Shown: piece after piece, positions 56,761 through 64,000 of the stretch | Numbering within the stretch: position 1 is the stretch's first letter | Layout of the letters: each line of letters begins with the position of its first letter | Assembly (NCBI RefSeq): GCF_006345805.1 | Contig: NC_043000.1 | Span: 40,858,001 to 40,922,000 of the forward strand | Origin: Octopus sinensis | Taxonomy: Eukaryota | Reading direction: 5' to 3' | Length of the DNA: 64,000 nucleotides | Translations under genes and position numbers: made by a program | Notes under the pieces: model-generated | Database searches by the model: none | The model's input: only the letters and a program-made list of their open reading frames with translations | Told to the model about the DNA's origin: nothing

Positions 56761-58054
56761 TCACTTAAGTTCCAATCTTGAGAAATTAGGATTCTCAAAA
56801 CGAGAAAGAAGAAAGCTGATTCGAAGATTACGGTTTGAAGCCATTGCTGGAAATGTAAAAATCTCTAATACTTTCCAGAATTTAAAACAGTTAAGTATAT
56901 ACGTGTAAGTCTAGACGTGCAACTGTATGCAAGTGAAGATATATATAATAAAAATCATACAAATCTGCACATGTACTGACTCAAAATACAGCACATATAC
57001 GTACATACATGGAAAAGTACCTTGCTGATGTTGAAATTCCAATGAAGGAGTTTGGGATCTAGGTTAGAAAGCGGCGCTTTCTCTAATGGCAAGTGATCTT
57101 GAAATGAAACTGAATAATGACATACATACATACATAAGTATATGTTGTGTGTGTGAGTGTGTGTGTATGGGTGTGTTTATGTGTGTGTATTTGTGTGTAG
57201 TACTTTACCTATATTTTTCTTTTTAGTCTCGTTATGTTGAAATCGGAAGTAACCTCGCAAAGCACTGTTCTAACAATGCATGCCTAGACGACTGGGCAAG
57301 TTTCTGGGTCTCTACAGTTACAAATTTGGAGTAGGTGCCTGATGAGATCTGCTTTTGATAATGTATCTATCTATCTATCTTTCTATAAGACTGTTGGTGT
57401 TTAGTGGGCCATTCGCTCTGCCAATCTCTGGCTCTCCTTGGATTTATTGTTGCAGTGAACAAGTCGGCCATATGTTTCACCATTAAATCTACAGAGAAGG
57501 CTACCATGTGTCATTGACTAAAGCGAACACGTGGTTCACTGCCACTGGGATGTAAGCTGTGGCTCGATGAATTCTAGATTCGTTAAGCGAGCAAGTGATT
57601 CCGATGTTAAAACGACGGAAACTCCATAAGTGCAATCAAACATCACCGACGCTGCATCCCAGACCCTCATTATGATGTACCTTAGAACTAAAATCCTGCG
57701 TTAATCTTTGACTGCGGTGAAAGAATAAGATAATCTGGTGACTACAAAAATGCCAGCTGAGAGCACTCAGAGCATGTTAACAGGGCAACGCGACCCGTAA
57801 AGCCTTCCTTTGGGGAGATTAAAACATGTGAAGGATACCCCTGGAGAGAGGGAGGAGAGAATGATAATTCCAGCAGGTCGGATTTACTTGTTTCACTCCG
57901 AGTAAACGGGAAAAGAGCGTTGAATGTAAAACGTAAGTATTTGGAAAATATACCGCATATAGAGTTTCTGGTGCTCTAACGATTTTGTCAGGTTGCGAAC
58001 CTTTTATGGCTATTAGTATAACAAGAGAAAATGGTGAGAAATAACAATAATTAC

Positions 58055-58099
58055 CCTCAGATGAGTCAGGATCACTACGAAAATCATATTGGTGGGATT
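58055..58099 (-). CDS. Microexon, 45 nt, phase 1-1: (E)SHQYDFRSDPDSSE
   Basis: tttttttcag|AATCCCACCAATATGATTTTCGTAGTGATCCTGACTCATCTGAGG|gtaatt. Confidence 0.8.
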
Positions 58100-58163
58100 C
58101 TGAAAAAAATTAAAATATATATGATGACTGCAGACTCATTTATGGCTCAATCTATCTCACACA

Positions 58164-58243
<80 letters not shown>

Positions 58244-59100
58244 CACATTCCTCCACGTTAGGTCATCAAGTATGAAAGTTGCAGAAAAGAAAACAATGTT
58301 TGCTAGCGTTTTATAAATACAAGAAATAGTTTTATTCATTTAAGTATGCAGCCGCATTGTCAATACACATTTGCCATTTCAGTAGTAGCTTGTCCAGCCC
58401 GGAACTGCAAAAGCTTCGCAATCTAGAGTCAATAAAATCGTGGAAGGCCTGTTTTGCAGCATCGTCGGAATTATATTGTTTCTTATCAAAATGTTATTCA
58501 AATTCTGGAAGAATTCTTAGTCAGTGTATATACCAACAAGTATTTCACTAGAGGGCCCTACTCAGTTATATGTTAAAGAAAAATACAAGATGGTGTTGGA
58601 CTGATAAATAGCAGAATGCATTTGACGAGTTAAAAAGCATTTTAACATCGGGCCTATCGTTAAGGCATTTTGATCCAAAGTTGGATATTGTATTGACTTC
58701 AGACGCGAGTGACTATGGCGTAGGAGATATGTGTTTTGTGCAAATATGACTATAAGAGTAAAAAGGCGTCCATGTATGACCTGGTGGCTTCTAGAATGCC
58801 AGTCGAGAGCACTCAGAGCAAGTTAACTGGGCAATGCGACCCGTAAAGCCTTTCTTTGGGGAGATCCAACAGTGTGAAGGACAGTCCTGGAGAGAGGGAA
58901 GAGAGAATGATAACCCCAGCAGTTCGGATTTACTTATTTCGCTCCGAGTAAACGGGAAAAGAGCGATAAAAGTAAAACGTAAGTATTTGGAAAATATACC
59001 GCATATAGAGTTTCTGGTGCTCTCACGATTTTGTCAGGTTGCGAACCTTTTATGGCTCTTAGTATAACAAGAGAAAATGGTGAGACATGACAATAATTAC

Positions 59101-59145
59101 CCCGAGATGGGTCATCAATACTATGTAAACCATATTCGTGGGATT
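59101..59145 (-). CDS. Microexon, 45 nt, phase 1-1: (E)SHEYGLHSIDDPSR
   Basis: Identical to the 61198 exon, with intact AG/GT sites. Confidence 0.75.
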
Positions 59146-59218
59146 CTGAAAAAAATTAAAATATATATGATGACTGCAGACTCATTTATGGCTCAATATA
59201 TCTCACTCACTCATTCAC

Positions 59219-59283
<65 letters not shown>

Positions 59284-60141
59284 ATACACATTCCTCCACT
59301 TTAGGTCATCAAGTATGAAAGTTGCAGAAAAGAAAACAATGTTGCTAGCGTTTTATAAATACAGAAATAGTTTTATTCATTTAAGTATGCAGCCGCATTG
59401 TCAATACACATTTGCCATTTCAGTAGTAGCATGTCCAGCCCGGAACTGCAAAAGCTTCGCAATCTAGAGTCAATAAAATCGTGGAAGGCCTGTTTTACAG
59501 CATCGTCGGAATTATATTGTTTCTTATCAAAATGTTATCCAAATTCTGGAAGAATTCTTAGTCAGTGTATATACCAGCAAGAATTTCACTAGAGAGCCCC
59601 ACTCAGTTATATGTTAAAGAAAAATACAAGATGGTGTTGGACTGATAAATAGCAGAATGCATTTGACGAGTTAAAAAGCATTTTAACATCGGGCCTATCG
59701 TTAAGGCATTTTGATCCAAAGTTGGATATTGTATTGACTTCAGACGCGAGTGACTATGGCGTAGGACATGTGTTTTTGCGCAAATATGAACATAAGAGTA
59801 AAAAGGCGTCCATGTATGACCTGGTGACTTCTAGAATGCCGACCGAGAGTACTCAGAGCAAGTTAACTGGGCAATGCGACCCGTAAAGCCTTTCTTTGTA
59901 GAGATCAAACAGTGTGAAGGACAGTCCTGGAGAGAGGGAAGAGAGAATGATAACCCCAGCAGTTCGGATTTACTTATTTCGCTCCGAGTAAACGGGAAAA
60001 GAGCGATAAAATGTAAAACGTAAATATTTGGAAAATATACGCGCATATAGAGTTTTTCTGGTGCTCTCACGATTTGTCAGGTTGCGAACCTTTTATGGCT
60101 ATTAGTATAACATAGAAATGGTGAGACATGACAATAATTAC

Positions 60142-60186
60142 CCCGAGATGGGTCATCAATACTATGTAAACCATATTCGTGGGATT
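60142..60186 (-). CDS. Microexon, 45 nt, phase 1-1: (E)SHEYGLHSIDDPSR
   Basis: Identical to the 61198 exon, with intact AG/GT sites. Confidence 0.75.
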
Positions 60187-60258
60187 CTGAAAAAAATAAA
60201 ATATATATGATGACTGCAGACTCATTTATGGCTCAATATATCACACTCTCACTCATTC

Positions 60259-60341
<83 letters not shown>

Positions 60342-61197
60342 ACACATTCCTCCACGTTAGGTCATCAAGTATGAAAGTTGCAGAAAAGAAAACAATGTTT
60401 GCTAGCGTTTTATAAATACAAGAAATAGTTTTATTCATTTAAGTATGCAGCCGCATTGTCAATACACATTTGCCATTTCAGTAGTAGCATGTCCAGCCCG
60501 GAACTGCAAAAGCTTCGCAATCTAGAGTCAATAAAATCGTGGAAGGCCTGTTTTACAGCATCGTCGGAATTATATTGTTTCTTATCAAAATGTTATCCAA
60601 ATTCTGGAAGAATTCTTAGTCAGTGTATATACCAGCAAGAATTTCACTAGAGAGCCCCACTCAGTTATATGTTAAAGAAAAATATAAGATGGTGTTGGAC
60701 TGATAAATAGCAGAGGGTTTTTGACGAGTTAAAAAGCATTTTAACATCGGGCCTATCGTTAAGGCATTTTGATCCAAAGTTGGATATTGTATTGACTTCA
60801 GACGCGAGTGACTATGGCGTAGGAGATGTGTTTTTGCGCAAATATGAATATAAGAGTAAAAAGGCGTCCATGTATGACCTGGTGGCTTCTAGAATGCCAG
60901 CCGAGAGTACTCAGAGCAAGTTAACTGGGCAATGCGACCCGTAAAGCCTTTCTTTGTAGAGATCAAACAGTGTGAAGGACAGTCCTGGAGAGAGGGAGGA
61001 GAGAATGATAACCCCAGCAGGTCGGATTTACTTATTTCGCTCCGAGTAAAGGGAAAAGAGCGTTGGATGTAAAACGTAAGTATTTGGAAAATATACCGCA
61101 TATAGTGTTTCTGGTGATCTAACGATTCTGTCAGGTCGCGAACCTTTTATGGCTATTAGTATAACAAGAAAAAATGTTGAGACATGACAATAATTAC

Positions 61198-61242
61198 CCC
61201 GAGATGGGTCATCAATACTATGTAAACCATATTCGTGGGATT
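61198..61242 (-). CDS. Microexon, 45 nt, phase 1-1: (E)SHEYGLHSIDDPSR
   Basis: tttttttcag|AATCCCACGAATATGGTTTACATAGTATTGATGACCCATCTCGGG|gtaatt. Confidence 0.78.
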
Positions 61243-61299
61243 CTGAAAAAAATTAAAATATATATGATGACTGCAGACTCATTTATGGCTCAATTTATC

Positions 61300-61346
<47 letters not shown>

Positions 61347-61877
61347 ATACTCATTCCCCCACGTTAGGTCATCAAGTATGAAAGTTGCAGAAAAGAAAAC
61401 AATGTTTGCTAGTGTTTTATAAATACAAGAAATAGTTTTATTCATTTAAGTATGCAGCCGCATTGTCAATACACATTTGCCATTTCAGTAGTAGCTTGTC
61501 CAGCCCGGAACTGCAAAAGCTTCGCAATCTAGAGTCAATAAAATCGTGGAAGGCCTGTTTTACAGCATCGTCGGAATTATATTGTTTCTTATCAAAATGT
61601 TATCCAAATTCTGGAAGAATGTTAGTCAGTGGGGAAAGATCAGGTGAGTATGGTGGATGATGAAGAATTTGTAACTCCAACTCCTGCAGTTTCGTCAATG
61701 TTATTTTTGCAATGTGTGGTCTGGCGTTGTCTTGCAATAAAATAGGAGCGGATCTGTCCATTAATCTAGGCTGTTATTTTGTAAGTTTCTGCATCATTTG
61801 GTCCTATTGGCTGCAGTGTACAATACATTGGATGCCAGCATATCAAGAAAATAATGTTGAAACGTAACGATAATTAC

Positions 61878-61922
61878 CCTCAGATGAGTCACCATAAATA
61901 CTAAAATCATATTTGTGGGATT
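61878..61922 (-). CDS. Microexon, 45 nt, phase 1-1: (E)SHKYDFSIYGDSSE
   Basis: tttttcag|AATCCCACAAATATGATTTTAGTATTTATGGTGACTCATCTGAGG|gtaatt. Confidence 0.8.
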
Positions 61923-62216
61923 CTGAAAAAATTGAAATATATATGATGGCTGCAGACTCATTTATGGCTGAGCCTCTCTCTACCTCTCACACACACACGC
62001 TCTTCCACTCTCTCTTTCTCTCATCCGCATGCCCACACACATGTGTACACGCATACGCACACACACCCACATATAATATATGATAAATATACAGAGGTAC
62101 AAAATGAAAATATCTTTTACACCAATTGTCATCCATACAGCTATGATCGTTTCGAAGCATTTATCACATGAAAACTATTTTAGTGTATGACAAATAATAT
62201 TTTACTTTACATGCCT

Positions 62217-62638
62217 GGGATCCTTTCGGTTTGAACGGCAGTTTTTAACATAATTTCTAGGTAACTAAAAAATTTTAAATTTCGTTTACTTGTAGAATGT
62301 TTTTATAAAACATCTTTTTCTCCTGGCTTTATTGAGAAAATTCTATATTTTGTAAGATATTTGGTTGTTTTTTTTTTTTTCAATTTCTGCAATTTCAACC
62401 AATCAATGACCGTCTATTGAGATGAAAATATTGTGTGCCGTATGAATATGTCCCTCGTTTAAGAAACAGATTGGGTTTATTTACATTTCTGAAGAAAGAA
62501 AGATACCCTCCCCCCACCCCTAATCCTAACCCTAAAACAGATTGAAATGCAATAGATCGATGCTATGGTCATAATTATGGGTGACAATTTCATATGACAC
62601 CGCTAGAAAAAAGCTGCCGTTCAAGCCGAAAAGATCCC
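62217..62638. mobile_element. MITE with 6-bp TSD (ATGCCT)
   Basis: TIRs gggatcctttcggtttgaacggcag / ctgccgttcaagccgaaaagatccc. The paralogous site at about 52786 is empty (tttacatgccggtatt). Confidence 0.88.
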
Positions 62639-63779
62639 ATGCCTGTATTAATACGTATAATATAAATTATATAATTCAGTTTAAAAATTTATAAATTAAT
62701 ACAGGTAAAAGGACTTGTCATCACGTCAAAGGATATAGTTACTTTCATCGACACAATGCATATATATAAACGCAAGGAGTTAGCATGCGTAATACTGATA
62801 TATGGAAGACAATAATTAATAAAATATAGAAGATAGGTAGGAGATTTAGCATGATATTAAAAAGTAAACAGTGGATTACAATGGTGGAAGAAAATGTACA
62901 TATAGTAAGATATATATGGAACATTATATAGTTATTATTAATAACCTAGAAATAAAAATGGTAGATAAAGTAAAAACCAAACTATATGTAGTGTTGTAGA
63001 TATTCTGTTTACGGAATACACCTCCTCTTCGACTTACGACCATCCACACTTACGACTATAAAAATAAAAAAATAAATAATCGACTTTCGGACATTGGGCA
63101 GCTGCGAGTTACAATAACTATGGCAGCATCTGGCAACGCAGGCCTCCAGCAGACTCAGACATCCACTGCCTGCCACCGTCTCTCACTCAGTCACTGACAA
63201 GCATCAGTTGTGTTTGAGTGAAAATAGTGTTGAAAAATATAAATACGACATACGACCAGATCGAATTACGACCTATCAGTCGGAACGGAGCTCGTTTGTA
63301 AGTCGAATAGAAGGTGTAAATGGATGAATAAGAACAATACAAGGAATAAATTGAAAGTATAAGGAAATAAAAGTAAAAAAAAATAGGATGAAATAAAGGA
63401 AGACAGGGCATGAACAATATTGATATTGTAAATGGAAGACATTGAAATATATGTCAAACTAATAAAATAAACAATACCCCGACTCCTTCTTCATAGTTTA
63501 TATACGCCTAAGGAAATAATCATAATCAAGTGGATCTATTGGATTTCAACTGTATCTGACTATATATTACATTCCTTTTTCTGTTTTGGTTTACTGTGTG
63601 TATTGAATGCTGATCTATGAAAAGAGCTTTGTTTGTGAGTACCTCCGGATTAGTTACATCCATATATTGTCCATTAAAGTTATAAAAATATCATATATGT
63701 ATATAAATGTGCATATATTTATGTATATAAATATACATATATGTATGTAAATAAATATACATATATATATATAATATAT

Positions 63780-63846
<67 letters not shown>

Positions 63847-63995
63847 ATATATATATATTACAATGACCAGACGGCGTAAATAGTGTTTTCCCCATGCGCA
63901 TGCGTTACCGGCTCTGCCAGTTCGCGAGTTTGATATAATATAATATATTAGATGCCAGTATAGCAGGGAAAAAGTCGAGATTTAACAATAATTAC

Positions 63996-64000
63996 CACTA
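63996..64000 (-). CDS. Microexon gene: 3' end of an exon cut by the window edge
   Basis: Minus strand ...TAGTG|gtaattattgttaaatctcgac. Same donor and downstream intron as the exon at 54868-54906. Confidence 0.65.

Larger units (their letters stand above)
57745..61625. repeat. About 3.7 tandem copies of a ~1.05-kb unit, each with a microexon, (CT)n, a mariner 3' end and a gypsy RT/RNaseH-linker fragment
   Basis: Unit starts near 57745, 58790, 59830 and 60888. Mariner C-terminus DAVKQAFHDFIDSR..KWQMCID on (-); gypsy AFDELKSILTS..HFDPKLDIVLTSDASDYGVG on (+). Confidence 0.95.
61815..64000 (+). repeat. Segmental duplicate of about 52395-54870
   Basis: Colinear similarity including the exon, MITE and unique intron sequence. 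Confidence 0.9.

Noticed and set aside
58120-58150. ATGATGA in each repeat as a possible C/D snoRNA box C
   Set aside because: No downstream CTGA box D with a terminal stem. It lies antisense to the host gene, and its conservation is explained by duplication.
57745-61625. CRISPR-like or prokaryotic repeat array
   Set aside because: Units are ~1 kb with no unique spacers or cas genes, and the context is eukaryotic.
58031-61660. Repeated plus-strand ORFs MVRHDNNYPEMG... and MSIHICHFSSS...
   Set aside because: They are the antisense of the microexon/intron junction and of the mariner C-terminus; the first type runs into (CT)n.

Overview
AT-rich, microsatellite-dense eukaryotic DNA. The SINE families and transposon mix suggest an octopus/cephalopod genome (inference, not tested). 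Most of the ORF track is microsatellite noise or decayed TEs: mariner/Tc1, R4/Dong, RTE, CR1, Tx1/L1, Penelope, gypsy, Helitron and SINEs. The main signal is a minus-strand gene that the ORF track does not resolve. It spans the whole window as at least 16 complete tiny exons (30-114 nt) plus one cut by the right edge. Every exon has AG/GT sites, a length divisible by 3 and phase 1-1, and they splice into a stop-free ~248-aa Ser/His/Asp/Glu/Tyr/Gly-rich, low-complexity protein. In the 5' part, a 45-nt exon has been multiplied by ~1.05-kb tandem duplications. Splice junctions create casein-like SSEE motifs, and paralogous exons differ almost only at amino-acid-changing sites while their introns stay nearly identical. 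Other findings: tandem ORF1-only (half-L1-like) retroelements, a Helitron with an intact STPR/Zn-finger N-terminal ORF, several hammerhead-ribozyme-like motifs, and fold-back inverted duplications at (TA)n tracts. All coordinates and translations were read by eye.
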